Assembly: GCA_963815115.1 (NCBI GenBank)
Contig: CAWFFN010000009.1
Location: 1,760,001 to 1,824,000 of the forward strand
Direction: 5' to 3'
From: an uncultured delta proteobacterium
GTDB taxonomy: Bacteria; Desulfobacterota; Binatia; DP-6
DNA length: 64,000 nt
The notes under the pieces were generated by a model. That model saw only the letters and a program-made list of their open reading frames with translations. It did no database searches and was not told where the DNA came from. The translations under genes and the position numbers were made by a program. This document shows positions 19,585-29,262 of this stretch, one piece after another. Every line of letters starts with the position of its first letter. Position 1 is the first letter of the stretch.

Positions 19585-20817
19585 ATGATCGACTTCAGCT
19601 TTCCCCCCGACGTCGAGGACATCCGTCAGCGGGTGCGCGACTTCATGACCACCGTGGTCAAGCCCGCCGAGGGCGACCTCACCATCGAGCGCCACGATCC
19701 CGAAGGACGCGGCCGACTCGTCAGGACCATCCTGGAGCTCCGCGTCAAGGCCAAGGAGTGGGGCCTCTGGCTGCCGCACATGCCGGCGGAGTTCGGGGGC
19801 ATGGGACTCGGGCCGACGGCGATGGCCGCGCTGTCGGCCGAGTGCGCGCGCACGTCGCTCGGTCCGTTCGTGCTCAACTGCCAGGCGCCCGACGAGGGCA
19901 ACATGCACACGCTCCTGCACTTCGGAACGCCCGAGCAGAAGGAGAAGTACCTCCGCCCGCTGTGCGACGGGTTCCAGCGCTCGTGCTTCGCCATGACGGA
20001 GCCGGAGGTCGCGGGGTCCGATCCGACGCTCATCCAGACGCGCGCCGTCAAAGACGGTGACCACTGGGTGGTGAACGGCCACAAGTGGTTCATCAGCGGG
20101 GCGCGCGGCGCCCACTTCGCCATCCTCATCGCCAAGACCGACCCCGAAGCCGATCCGCCGCAGGCCCGCAACACCGCCTTCATCGTGGATCTTCCGGCGG
20201 AAGGGTGGGAAGTGGTGCGCGACGTCGAGACCATGGCCGGGGGCCACAACCACTGCGAGATCCGGATCGAGAACCTCCGCCTCCCGGACGCCGCCATTCT
20301 CGGCGGCCGTGGCCAGGGCCATCGGCTCGGCCAGGTGCGGCTCGGACCGGCGCGCCTCGCCCACTGCATGCGCTGGATCGGTCAGGTGGAGATGGCGCTC
20401 GAGATGCTGGTCGACCGGGCGACGAAGCGCTTCGCGCACGGCTCCTTCCTGGCGGACAAGCAGGGCATCCAGTGGATGGTGTCCGAGTCGGCGATGGAGC
20501 TCTACGCCGCGAAGCTCATGGTGCTGCACGCGGCCTACCTCATCGAGCATGGCAAGCCGTTCAACACCGAGGTGTCGATGTGCAAGTACCACGTCGCCAA
20601 CACGCTGTGGCGCACGGTGGACCGTGCCATCCAGGTGCACGGCGCGCTCGGCTACTCGAAGGACACGCCGCTCGCGGGCATGCTGCTCCAGGCGCGGTGG
20701 TCCCGCTTCGCGGACGGCGCCGACGAGGTGCACCTGATGCGCATCGCGAGCAACGTGGTCGACACCTACAAGAAGACCGGATCGCTCGACGGCGCCTTCG
20801 GCCACCTGCCCGTTTGA
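19585..20817 (+). CDS. Acyl-CoA dehydrogenase family protein
   Basis: NCQAPDEGNM, CFAMTEPEVAGSD, NGHKWFISGA, RLGPARLAHCMR, IQVHGALG, DGADEVH. Confidence 0.95.
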   Translation: MIDFSFPPDVEDIRQRVRDFMTTVVKPAEGDLTIERHDPEGRGRLVRTILELRVKAKEWGLWLPHMPAEFGGMGLGPTAMAALSAECARTSLGPFVLNCQAPDEGNMHTLLHFGTPEQKEKYLRPLCDGFQRSCFAMTEPEVAGSDPTLIQTRAVKDGDHWVVNGHKWFISGARGAHFAILIAKTDPEADPPQARNTAFIVDLPAEGWEVVRDVETMAGGHNHCEIRIENLRLPDAAILGGRGQGHRLGQVRLGPARLAHCMRWIGQVEMALEMLVDRATKRFAHGSFLADKQGIQWMVSESAMELYAAKLMVLHAAYLIEHGKPFNTEVSMCKYHVANTLWRTVDRAIQVHGALGYSKDTPLAGMLLQARWSRFADGADEVHLMRIASNVVDTYKKTGSLDGAFGHLPV

Positions 20818-20835
20818 CAGGACTGCGGTTTCGCG

Positions 20836-22548
20836 ATGACCCGCCACCGGGGCCTCGACGGGCTCGTGCTCGCGAGCGGCACCGCCATCGTCGTCAGCGG
20901 GCTCGTCGTGAACTTCGTGCTCTCGTCGCCGGTCGAGCACCTGCTCGCCAGCTCGCCGGCGGAATTCGCGACCGCCTTCGGCAGGCTGACCGGGATAAGC
21001 CGCGGCGTGTTCACCGGGCTCGGGCTGCTGACCTCCGTCCTCATCCTGATCTCGCTCGTCCGCGAAGGCGGGATCGGGGCGCGCCGAAGCCGGCTCCGGC
21101 TCGTCGCCATCGTCGCGCTGGTGGGCGCGGGCCTCGTGGGTGCCCTGGCCATCGACCCGGTGCAGCGTGCCATCCTCGCCGCGGCACCGACGGCGTCCGC
21201 GTCGCTGCCCCCGCTGCTGGAGAGCTGGTCACGCTGGGGACGCGTGAACCTGGGGATGGCCGCCGTGGCGCTGATCGCACTCGTGCTCGCCCATCGGGCC
21301 CCCGTGGTCCCGACCGACCGCGCCGGTGCGCTCGCGCCTGCCCACCGCAGGCTGCTCCTGCTGCTCTCGACGGCGACGCTCTTCGAGGGCTACGACCGCT
21401 TCATCGTCACGCTGGCGCTCCCGTACATCGCGCGCGACCTGGGCGCCGGCGAGGGTGTGCTCGGATGGGCGTTGTCGGTGATCCGGGGCGGCGCCCTGCT
21501 CGCCATCGGTCTCTGTCTGCTGGCCGATCGCGTCGGCCGCCGCGGCGTGCTCCTGTGGACGGTGCTCGGCTACACCCTCGTCACGGCGCTGACCGGATTG
21601 TCGCGCGGCCTGTCGGAGTTCGTCGCGCTCCAGGTGATCGCGACCATCTTCCTGACGACGGAGCTCGCACTGGCGCAGGTGGTGATCGCGGAGGAGTTTC
21701 CCGCCACGTCCCGCGGGCTCGGCCAGGGGCTGTTGGGTGCATCGGCGGCCCTGGGCGCGGGCCTCGCGGCGGCACTGTTCCCGGCCTTCGTCGGCTCGGC
21801 GCTGGGCTGGCGCGGACTCTACTTCGTCGGCATCGTGCCCCTCCTGATCGTCGGCTACCTCCGCCGCTCGCTGCCCGAGACGTCGCGCTGGCAGCATCTC
21901 CACGATGCGGACCGGCAAGCCGGCGGCGTGCTGCGCGTGCTGGCGCCGGCTCACCGCCGCCGCTTCCTCGCGCTGGTGGCAATCGCAGCGGGGGCGACGG
22001 CCGCGTTCGCCCCCGCGTTCTCGTTCGCGTCGTACCGCGCCACGAACACGTTCCAGTGGACCCCGGCGCAGGTCAGCACGATGATCATCACGGGCGGGGG
22101 GCTGGGCTTCTGGGGCTGGATGCTGTTCGGCCGTCTCACGGATATCGTGGGGCGACGTCCCACGGCGATCATCTCCCTCATCGGCTCCGCCGCCGCGATC
22201 GTGGCCTTCTACAGCACCTCCGGGCTCTTCCCCGCCTTCGCCGCCATCGTCTTCTTCGAATCGGGCATCACCGTCTCGGTCAACGCGCTCACCACCGAGA
22301 GCTTCCCGACCGCGCTGCGCGCCACCGCGCGCGCCTGGGTCACGAACGCGGCCGTGGCGGGCGCCACGGTCGGGCTCGCGCTGGTCGGCCTGCTGTCGGC
22401 GACGATGGGCGGGCACGCGCCCATCGTCGCCCTCCTGGGATTTCTCCCGCTCGGGCTCGTGCCCCTGGTGTTCCTGATCCCGGAGACGTTCGGCCGGGAG
22501 CTCGAGGTGACCAGCGGCGAGGCCGCCGAAGTGCTGGATCGAGCCTGA
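20836..22548 (+). CDS. MFS transporter with an extra N-terminal ~150-aa four-TM domain
   Basis: MFS motif A LADRVGRR and GRLTDIVGRR, EEFP...RG, ESFPT.LR; preceded by four additional hydrophobic helices. Confidence 0.85.
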   Translation: MTRHRGLDGLVLASGTAIVVSGLVVNFVLSSPVEHLLASSPAEFATAFGRLTGISRGVFTGLGLLTSVLILISLVREGGIGARRSRLRLVAIVALVGAGLVGALAIDPVQRAILAAAPTASASLPPLLESWSRWGRVNLGMAAVALIALVLAHRAPVVPTDRAGALAPAHRRLLLLLSTATLFEGYDRFIVTLALPYIARDLGAGEGVLGWALSVIRGGALLAIGLCLLADRVGRRGVLLWTVLGYTLVTALTGLSRGLSEFVALQVIATIFLTTELALAQVVIAEEFPATSRGLGQGLLGASAALGAGLAAALFPAFVGSALGWRGLYFVGIVPLLIVGYLRRSLPETSRWQHLHDADRQAGGVLRVLAPAHRRRFLALVAIAAGATAAFAPAFSFASYRATNTFQWTPAQVSTMIITGGGLGFWGWMLFGRLTDIVGRRPTAIISLIGSAAAIVAFYSTSGLFPAFAAIVFFESGITVSVNALTTESFPTALRATARAWVTNAAVAGATVGLALVGLLSATMGGHAPIVALLGFLPLGLVPLVFLIPETFGRELEVTSGEAAEVLDRA

Positions 22549-22642
22549 GCCCGCACGCTCGCCGGCCACGCCATCGCCGAAGAGGCCGCAGGAGCGCCCG
22601 GATTTGCGCTCCCGGACGATCGCGGGTAACCAGATCGGTTTC

Positions 22643-23632
22643 ATGGACGCCGGCATCGCCGCAATCAACGAACGCGTGCGCGAGGGCTCGGGCTTCGCCG
22701 TCCGCCTGCGGGAAGAGATCGCCACGGTCATCGTCGGCCAGCGTGCCCTCGTCGACCGGCTGCTCATCGGGCTCCTCGCCAACGGCCACGTGCTCCTCGA
22801 AGGGGTCCCCGGGCTCGCCAAGACGCTCGCCGTCAAGACCCTCGCCCAGGCCATCCAGGCGACCTTCCGGCGCGTGCAGTTCACGCCCGACCTGCTGCCC
22901 GCGGACCTGATCGGGACCCTGGTCTACAATCCGCGCGAGGGGTCGTTCTCCACCAAGCGCGGCCCGATCTTCGCGCAGCTCGTGCTGGCGGACGAGATCA
23001 ACCGCGCGCCGGCGAAGGTGCAGAGCGCGCTCCTGGAAGCCATGCAGGAGCACCAGGTCACCATCGGCGACGAGACGCACCCGCTGCCCGATCCGTTCCT
23101 GGTGCTCGCCACCCAGAATCCCATCGAGCAGGAGGGAACCTATCCGCTGCCCGAGGCCCAGGTCGACCGCTTCATGCTGAAGCTCAGGGTCGAGTATCCC
23201 TCGCGCGAGGAGGAGCGGCAGATCCTCGACCGCATGGCGACGACGGCAAACCACCGCCCCGCCAGCCCGGTCGTCACCACCGCGGACATCATCGCGGCGC
23301 GCTCGCTGGTCGATCAGGTGTACGTCGACGACAAGGTGCGGGACTACATCGTGAGCGTCGTCTTCGCGACGCGCGAGCCGAAGTCCTTCGGCCTCGATCT
23401 CGGGCCGCTCGTGGAGTACGGCGCCTCGCCCCGTGCCACGCTCTGCCTGACCCTCGCATCGCGGGCGCACGCCTTCCTCCAGGGCCGCGGCTACGTGACC
23501 CCGCAGGACGTGAAGGCCATCGCCCCCGACGTCCTGCGGCACCGGGTGATCGTCAGCTACGAGGCGGAAGCGGAGGAGGTGGACGCGGACGAGATCGTGC
23601 GGCGCGTGCTCGACGGGGTACCGGTGCCGTGA
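22643..23632 (+). CDS. moxR: MoxR-family AAA+ ATPase
   Basis: HVLLEGVPGLAKT, RVQFTPDLLPAD, LADEINRAPAKVQSALLEAM, ATQNPIEQEGTYPLPEAQ.DRF, GASPR. Confidence 0.95.
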   Translation: MDAGIAAINERVREGSGFAVRLREEIATVIVGQRALVDRLLIGLLANGHVLLEGVPGLAKTLAVKTLAQAIQATFRRVQFTPDLLPADLIGTLVYNPREGSFSTKRGPIFAQLVLADEINRAPAKVQSALLEAMQEHQVTIGDETHPLPDPFLVLATQNPIEQEGTYPLPEAQVDRFMLKLRVEYPSREEERQILDRMATTANHRPASPVVTTADIIAARSLVDQVYVDDKVRDYIVSVVFATREPKSFGLDLGPLVEYGASPRATLCLTLASRAHAFLQGRGYVTPQDVKAIAPDVLRHRVIVSYEAEAEEVDADEIVRRVLDGVPVP

Positions 23633-23868
23633 TCTCCCCGGCGCCGCCGGCGGCATGTCGCGGCGTTCAGGCCTCGGGCTTCCGACGAAAAGTGACGCGA
23701 GGTGTCCGTGCGGTAAGTCCGGCTTGACGTCGTCACACTCGGTGCCGCGGTGAAAGACCACCTGCTCAGGCCAGCGGCCCGCGGCCCGTATCGGCGACGC
23801 CTCCTATCGGAGGGCGAAGATCAAGCGAGCGTCCGGGATGGGGGGTTGTGTCAGCCCGGGCCTAAAAG

Positions 23869-24140
23869 CAATGCCGGTCACTTTGCACGAGGCCTCCTGC
23901 GATGCGGGCGATTCCGCGGATCGTTGCTCATCTTGAGCTTGACGGCGCGCGGGTAGCGCCGCGGCCGCGGCTCGGGCAGGACGACGGGCGCGAGTTCGTC
24001 GAGCAAGGCCTCGAGCCGACGGGGCAGCGCCCCCGGCGACGTGTCCCACGCGGCGTGCCAGAAGGCCCGGACGGCGAGGAGGGCGTAGCGGTAGCTGAGA
24101 CGCACCGGCGGCACGCGGGCGCGCGGCGACGCGCGGCTCA
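23869..24140 (-). mobile_element. IS4-family remnant: transposase C-terminus plus right terminal inverted repeat
   Basis: PVRLSY..AL...W...SPG.LP..L..L...LP..R.RRYPRAVK.KMS is the IS4 transposase C-terminal pattern. The minus strand ends ...AAGTGACCGGCATTG, resembling the IS4 end (AACTGACTGGCATTA). Confidence 0.75.
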
Positions 24141-24175
24141 TGACGAGGCGGACGTGGAGAAGGGGCAGACTTCCT

Positions 24176-24538
24176 TCGGCCATTGATCGACATTGGGCTG
24201 CATCCGCTACGGGCGATCAGGGTGCCGAGCATGAGATCTATCACGACGATGCCGTATGTGAGTACCCACAGTCAGGCGAGGTCATCCACGGTCGGCGGAA
24301 CCTGCAGGCGCTTCGTAGTCAACACCCTGGTAGGCCATCGGGGTTTGTGGTCCGGCGGATCGTAGGAGAGGGCAATCTCTGGGTTACCGAGTATGTGATT
24401 ACCTACGAGGGCAAACGCGCCTACACCGTGAGTGTCATGGAGTTCCGGGATGGAAAGGTGTCGCACGAGACTCAATACTTCGCCGATCCCTTCGACGCTC
24501 CTGCTTGGCGCGCTCAGTGGGTCGAGCGCGGGGCGTGA
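24176..24538 (+). pseudogene. SnoaL-like/NTF2-family protein, probably 5'-truncated; integron cassette gene
   Basis: AIDRHWAAS...EHEIYHDDAV.EYPQSGE.I.GRRN...ETQYFADPF.AP.WRAQWVE; lower GC; followed 8 nt later by attC. Confidence 0.75.
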
Positions 24539-24546
24539 TCGACGGC

Positions 24547-24606
24547 ATCTAACAACGGCATGCAGCCGACGCCGCAAAACGGCGCGGCTGATGCCGAGCG
24601 TTAGGC
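24547..24606 (+). mobile_element. attC site (59-base element)
   Basis: R'' ATCTAAC, 5 nt, L'' CATGCAGC, central hairpin CGACGCCG-CAAAA-CGGCGCG, L' GCTGATG, 6 nt, R' GTTAGGC; extrahelical G in L''. Confidence 0.9.
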
Positions 24607-24918
24607 GGCTGCGGAGCGTTTGGACTTGGAGAGTCCACGATGAATCGTAAGGCTGACCCGCACCCCGGCCCGCGCAAGCATGTCGACCAGCGTGTCGATG
24701 CTGAAGAGCTCGATCTTCCCGCGCACCAAGTTGCTCACCCGGGGCTGTGTCACGCCGAGGATCTTCGCGGCCGCAGCCTGCGTCAACTTTCGCCCCTCGA
24801 TCAGTCGCCGGACCTGAACCATCAAGTCTGCCCGCAGCCTCAAACTCTCGGCTTCCTCGGCCGGGAAACCCAGGTCCCGGAACACGTTGCCGCTGGAACG
24901 CCGGACCTTCGCAGTCAT
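24601..24918 (-). CDS. higA: HigA-type XRE antitoxin
   Basis: SSGNVFRDLGF..EEA..L.LRADLM, LTQ..AA..LGVTQPRVS.L.RGKI..FSID.L; stop TAA lies inside attC R'. Confidence 0.9.
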   Translation of the reverse strand: MTAKVRRSSGNVFRDLGFPAEEAESLRLRADLMVQVRRLIEGRKLTQAAAAKILGVTQPRVSNLVRGKIELFSIDTLVDMLARAGVRVSLTIHRGLSKSKRSAAA

Positions 24919-25271
24919 CCGCTTCTCCTTGAGCGTCTAGCTCGCGCCCTCTGCCGCATACTCAACACGTCCCGCAGCCGCGACCGCGCCAAATCGACGT
25001 CCGGTTTGCAGGTCCGACGCGTTCTCTTCTCGAAGGCGTGGAGCACGTAGACAGCCTCTGCGAACTTTGCGATGTAGATCACTCGATGCTCAAGCGCCGT
25101 GTGAACGCGGATCTCCTGTACGCCCGGGCCGACGGAGGGCATCGGTTTCCAATCGGAGGGATCGAGCCCGCATTGAACCTGGTAGAGCTCGAAACCTGCT
25201 CGCTGGCGGGCGTCCTTGGCGAAGGCTCGCATGTCGTCACATGCACTCCCCATCCACAGCACCGCCTTCAC
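24915..25271 (-). CDS. higB: HigB/RelE-type toxin (Gp49-like)
   Basis: W.GSA..D.R.F, G.EL..VQ.G.DP.DWKPM..VG.GV.EIR, RVIY.AKF.EAVYVLHAF.K; lies upstream of the antitoxin and overlaps it by 4 nt. Confidence 0.9.
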   Translation of the reverse strand: MKAVLWMGSACDDMRAFAKDARQRAGFELYQVQCGLDPSDWKPMPSVGPGVQEIRVHTALEHRVIYIAKFAEAVYVLHAFEKRTRRTCKPDVDLARSRLRDVLSMRQRARARRSRRSG

Positions 25272-25285
25272 AGCGGCCGGCCGGC

Positions 25286-25314
25286 CACATACAAGTTATT
25301 GTATGACATGTCAA
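25286..25314 (-). promoter_or_regulatory. Sigma70-type promoter of higBA with overlapping operator
   Basis: Minus strand reads TTGACA-17 nt-TATGTG; inverted repeat CATACAA-GTTA-TTGTATG (25288-25305) covers the spacer and -10. Confidence 0.75.
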
Positions 25315-25318
25315 ATCC

Positions 25319-25347
25319 GCCCAACTCGGCGCTGCAGCCGGTCGGCG
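25319..25347 (+). mobile_element. Left half of a second, truncated attC
   Basis: R'' GCCCAAC (1 mismatch from the reverse complement of the upstream GTTAGGC), 5 nt, L'' GCTGCAGC; no matching L'/R' found downstream. Confidence 0.55.
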
Positions 25348-25613
25348 AGCAACGAGCGCATTCTCCGTCCTTCGGGAGCCCGTTCATCCAACCCGTCCGT
25401 TCGGAAGGACTTGGAGGAGCAAGGGGAAGCGTCTGGGGGCGTCTGATAACACCCTTTCCGTCACCCATGAAGACGGGCTGTCCTGGTGTGGGGGGAGTTC
25501 GCTCCGGTCATCACCTCCTTCGGCGCTTCGCTGGTCCCGTCGATGGTCGACGCTCTCCATTCAACTTGCGAAAACGGCCTTGACTAATCTTGCCTGAACG
25601 GCCCTTTTCGGCG

Positions 25614-25645
25614 AAAGCTTACCGAACGGCAAAGCTTACCGAACG
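25614..25645. repeat. Direct repeat AAAGCTTACCGAACG x2 (period 17)
   Basis: Seen directly at 25614-25628 and 25631-25645. Confidence 0.85.
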
Positions 25646-25838
25646 CCCCGACCTCGGACATTCACAATCCCATCGCCCTTCTGCAGGGAGCTCGCTGGTG
25701 ACGCGCTCGGTCAGGTCCTAAGTGACCGAGCTGGGTGACGACCCGAGGGTCAGGTCGGGCCTGGGGCCGGAAGACGGGCGAAGGTACCCGAGGATATGCT
25801 AGACGCTCGCCCAGGACTGCACGTTTCGGAGAGATCGA

Positions 25839-27344
25839 GTGACACGAAACAACGATGTCCTGATCGTCGGCGCTGGGCCTTCCGGGCTGTTCGCCGCCGC
25901 CGAGCTCGCCCGCCACGGAGTGAGCGCGCGGCTCGTCGAGCGCGACGTGCGGCCGCACCGCGAGGCGCGTGCCACGGCGATCCAGCCGGGGACGCTCGAG
26001 ATTCTGGATTCCGTCGGGTTGCTGCAGCCGTTTCTCGATGTCGCCGAGCAGGTCCGCTGCTCGCGCCTGTACGGCCCGGGCATGGTGGAGCTCGCCGCCA
26101 TGAGCCACGAGAGCATCGACTGCCGCTGCAAGTTCCAGTGCAGCCTGCCGCAGTACGAGACCCAGCGCATCCTCGAAGCTCATCTCACGTCGCTCGGCGG
26201 CGTGATCGAACGCGGGGTCACGGCGACCACGGTCGAGACGGACGCGGACGGGGTCGTCGTCGAGCTCGTCCACGCGGACGGTGGGACGGAGACGGTCCGC
26301 CCGAGCATCGTCATCGGGGCGGGCGGTGCGCACAGCGTCACGCGCCATTCGATGAGCAAGCCGCTCGAGGGCGCCACCTACCGCGGACATTTCCTCGTCG
26401 CCGACATCGCGATGCCGGCGCCGTTCCCGCGCGACGAGGCCGGCGTCATCTGCTCTCCGGATGGCCTGCTGCTGCTCGCGCCACTCCCCGGCGGACGCTG
26501 GATCAGCTTCCAGGACCTCGAGGAGGACGTCGAGAGCGTACCCGTCGAGAACGTCGTCGCCCGGGTCCAGGCACGGCTCGGCGGGAAATATCGGCCCACC
26601 GACGTCTCCTGGTTCACGCCGTTCCGGATGCACCGGCGGATGGTGTCGCGCCTGGCGGACGGCCGGCGGTTCCTGATCGGCGACGCCGCCCACCTGTCGA
26701 GCCCGTTCGGCGGCGAAGGGCTCAACGCGGGGCTGCACGACGGCTACGACCTGGCCTGGAAGCTGGCTCTCATCCTGCGCGGCCACGCGCATCGGTCGCT
26801 GCTCGACCACTATACGGTCGAGCGCCAGATCGCCGACCGCCACGTGCTCGACGTCTCCGACCAGGTGCACACGTCGATCGTGGACGTTGCGGATGCGGTG
26901 CGCCAGGGGCGCGAGGTCCATCCCGCGGTCGTGGACCCGATCGTTGCCGCGCTGCAGCGCAACGCGCGCGCCATGATCGATGTCGACTACACGGGGAGCC
27001 CGCTCGTCGCCGACCATGGAAGCGCCGAGGCAGGCAGCGAGGGACCACATCCCGGGCAGCGCTACCCGGACTGGGCACGCTTCGGTGGACCGTCACACCA
27101 CGTGCTCGTCTTCGGACCCGTCGCGGACTCCGCGTCACTCGCACGCCTGGGCCGGCGCTGGTCCAGGCTCGTGCAGATCGCTCACGAGCCGGGCGTCGAT
27201 CCCCTTCGTGCCGGCGTCCCGTCCGGCGGCGTGGTCATGATCCGCCCCGACCGCCACATCGGCTTCAGGTTTCCGTCCGCCGGAGCCGAGGCCTTCGCGG
27301 CGCTCGACAGCCACCTCTCCTCGTACCTGATTCCGCATTCCTAG
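25839..27344 (+). CDS. FAD-dependent aromatic monooxygenase (PheA/TfdB-like)
   Basis: VLIVGAGPSGL, GDAAH..SP.GGEGLN.G..D..DLAWKL, Y..ER, C-terminal IRPD.HI. Confidence 0.9.
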   Translation: MTRNNDVLIVGAGPSGLFAAAELARHGVSARLVERDVRPHREARATAIQPGTLEILDSVGLLQPFLDVAEQVRCSRLYGPGMVELAAMSHESIDCRCKFQCSLPQYETQRILEAHLTSLGGVIERGVTATTVETDADGVVVELVHADGGTETVRPSIVIGAGGAHSVTRHSMSKPLEGATYRGHFLVADIAMPAPFPRDEAGVICSPDGLLLLAPLPGGRWISFQDLEEDVESVPVENVVARVQARLGGKYRPTDVSWFTPFRMHRRMVSRLADGRRFLIGDAAHLSSPFGGEGLNAGLHDGYDLAWKLALILRGHAHRSLLDHYTVERQIADRHVLDVSDQVHTSIVDVADAVRQGREVHPAVVDPIVAALQRNARAMIDVDYTGSPLVADHGSAEAGSEGPHPGQRYPDWARFGGPSHHVLVFGPVADSASLARLGRRWSRLVQIAHEPGVDPLRAGVPSGGVVMIRPDRHIGFRFPSAGAEAFAALDSHLSSYLIPHS

Positions 27345-27510
27345 TTCGCGGAGACTGGCAGATAGCCGAGATTAAGGCGCTACTAATCGTTGTCTAGCAC
27401 CGCACGACCACAAGACCTGGTATGGCGTGGGCGGTTTGACCGTTGACGACGCGTCTGTCGCGGGCATCCCACGTTAGGTGGTCGGTGCGTCGACGACGCG
27501 ACGGTGACGC

Positions 27511-27563
27511 GGGTCCTTCCTGGCCCGGCCAGCGACGAGGCGGCGCCCCGCGAAAAACCGCTA
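27511..27563 (+). other. Lambda-like cos (cosQ/cosN-like) DNA packaging site
   Basis: GGGTCCT (identical to lambda cosQ), 17 nt, then ACG-AGGCGGCGCCC-CGCGAAAAACCGCTA, versus lambda ACG-GGGCGGCGACCT-CGCGGGTTTTCGCTA; 50 nt upstream of a terS-like gene. Confidence 0.55.
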
Positions 27564-27613
27564 GCCGATGGCCTCGACAAGGGGTTGATTGATTGACACG
27601 ACGGGGGCAGCCG

Positions 27614-28076
27614 GTGCGAGTTTCCCAGCGCGAATACGCCCGCCGACGCGGGTGCTCCGTCCAGGCGGTGAACGCCCAGACGGCGGCCCACGGCGGCCCG
27701 ATCCCGACCTACGGGCCGGCGAAGCAGCTCGACCCGGCGGAGGCCGATCGGCTCTCGGCCGGCGGCGCCGGCCCCGGCCGGCGCGAGCAACGACCAGCTC
27801 CGGGCGGCGCGGGCGGCGGCGCTGGTCGTCGACGTGCAGACGAAGCGCCTGACGCTCGACCAGCGCCGGGGCGCGCTCATCTCGCGGGACCGGGCGCTCC
27901 TGAAGGCGTTCGCCTTCGCGCGCATGCTCCGCGACGCCTGGCTGGCGTGGCCGGCGCGGGTGGGGCCGGAGCTCGCCGCCGAGCTCGGCGTCGAGCCGAT
28001 GACGCTGGTGCTGGCGCTCGAGGACCGCGTGCGGACCCAGCTCGAGGAGCTCGCCAGCGAGCGCTGCGAGTTCTGA
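27614..28076 (+). pseudogene. Phage terminase small subunit (Nu1-like), frameshifted/internally deleted
   Basis: N-terminal HTH VSQREYARRRGCS.QAV...LDPAEAD in one frame; C-terminal ARA...QTKRL.L....G.LI.R......F..AR..RDAWL.WPARV...LAAELGV in the +1 frame. Confidence 0.65.
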
Positions 28077-28097
28077 CGACCGTCGGCCGCGCGGAAC

Positions 28098-29195
28098 CTA
28101 CGACCGCGAGGACCGTGCGGTGGTCTTGGCGGCCAGACCCAGACGAAGATTTTTGCTGCGGCCCTTGAGCTCTCGCTCGAACTGACGCACGAACTTCCGC
28201 CTGATCGAGTCAAAGACGCCGCGTGGGTCACGCTTGGCCCTGTACTCAGCGAGCCACGCCCGAGAGCTCAACCACAGGTTGCCGGCGCGCACGGCACGGA
28301 GTCGACCCTTCAGCACGAGCTGTCGGAGGTAGGGCGCCCCGTATGGTCCTTTCGCGGCCAGCGCGTTCAGGGGCACGAGTTTGGCCTCGCCCGCCAGATT
28401 CGGGATCAGGAACTTCGTGAGGGTCTCGCTCACGGCGCGCGCGATCACCTCGGCGAGCGCCTGCGGACTCCCGGTGTCGGCGAGGCGCAACGCGCGCAGG
28501 TAGCGCTGGCGCTGCGCCGCCAGAATCACGGCAGGCGGGTAGCCGGCCTGCACCAGCATGAAGTTGAGCAGGAGGCGACCGACGCGGCCGTTGCCGTCGA
28601 CGAAGGGATGGATGCGCTCAAACCACGCGTGGTGCGCGGCCGCGTGGACGAGGGGATGTGTCTCCTTGGCCCGCGCGGCCGTGGAGTCGCTCCACGCCTG
28701 GAGATCGGCAGGAATCGTCGCCGGGATGGAGACGGGCACCGCGCCGACGCGGACCGGGCTGGTGCGCCAGGCCCCAGGCGCGTCGCGTGTGCGCGGCGGA
28801 TTCACCTCCCACGTAAGCGCGAGTGCGACAAGGTGCACCTGGGACACAACCGCAACCGGCACGCCTGCGTAGTCCGCCGCGTGTTGGTAGACCCAGTCCG
28901 CTGCGCGGGCGTAGCCCTGGACATCGAGACTCTCGGCGAGCGTGCCCGCCGCCAGTCCCTGGTCGATGAGCGCCTGTACCTGCGCGCGCGTCATCGTGTT
29001 CCCCTCGATCGCCGTCGAGTTGTGCACGTCGTCGATCCAGATAGCCCGGAGGATGTGGTCGGCTTCGACCGCGTGCGGGAGGCCGCCAAGATGGCGATGG
29101 AGGAGCGCCACCTCCTCATCGAGCCGTGCTAGGACCTCGTCGAGGGAGGGGCGCCCCGGTCCGCGCTTGTGGGTTTTCCTACTTTCGGTGGCCAT
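28098..29195 (-). CDS. Class II Fic-domain protein with a C-terminal excisionase-like HTH
   Basis: Canonical [12 protein letters not shown]; N-terminal inhibitory motif STAIEGN; C-terminal YLRQL..KGRLRA.R.G.LW.SS. Confidence 0.9.
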   Translation of the reverse strand: MATESRKTHKRGPGRPSLDEVLARLDEEVALLHRHLGGLPHAVEADHILRAIWIDDVHNSTAIEGNTMTRAQVQALIDQGLAAGTLAESLDVQGYARAADWVYQHAADYAGVPVAVVSQVHLVALALTWEVNPPRTRDAPGAWRTSPVRVGAVPVSIPATIPADLQAWSDSTAARAKETHPLVHAAAHHAWFERIHPFVDGNGRVGRLLLNFMLVQAGYPPAVILAAQRQRYLRALRLADTGSPQALAEVIARAVSETLTKFLIPNLAGEAKLVPLNALAAKGPYGAPYLRQLVLKGRLRAVRAGNLWLSSRAWLAEYRAKRDPRGVFDSIRRKFVRQFERELKGRSKNLRLGLAAKTTARSSRS

Positions 29196-29216
29196 GGAAT
29201 CGACAAAGTAGCAAAA

Positions 29217-29232
29217 ACCCAAGGCCTTGGGT
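29217..29232. promoter_or_regulatory. Perfect 16-bp palindrome ACCCAAGGCCTTGGGT upstream of fic
   Basis: Seen directly, 21 nt from the fic ATG; function inferred. Confidence 0.5.
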
Positions 29233-29262
29233 AATCAAGGATTTGGCAGGTGTCTCCGCGCC

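Noticed and set aside
25614-25645. Possible CRISPR array
   Set aside because: Only two 15-bp copies 2 nt apart, with no spacers and no cas genes. No CRISPR array, tRNA or rRNA was seen anywhere in the window.
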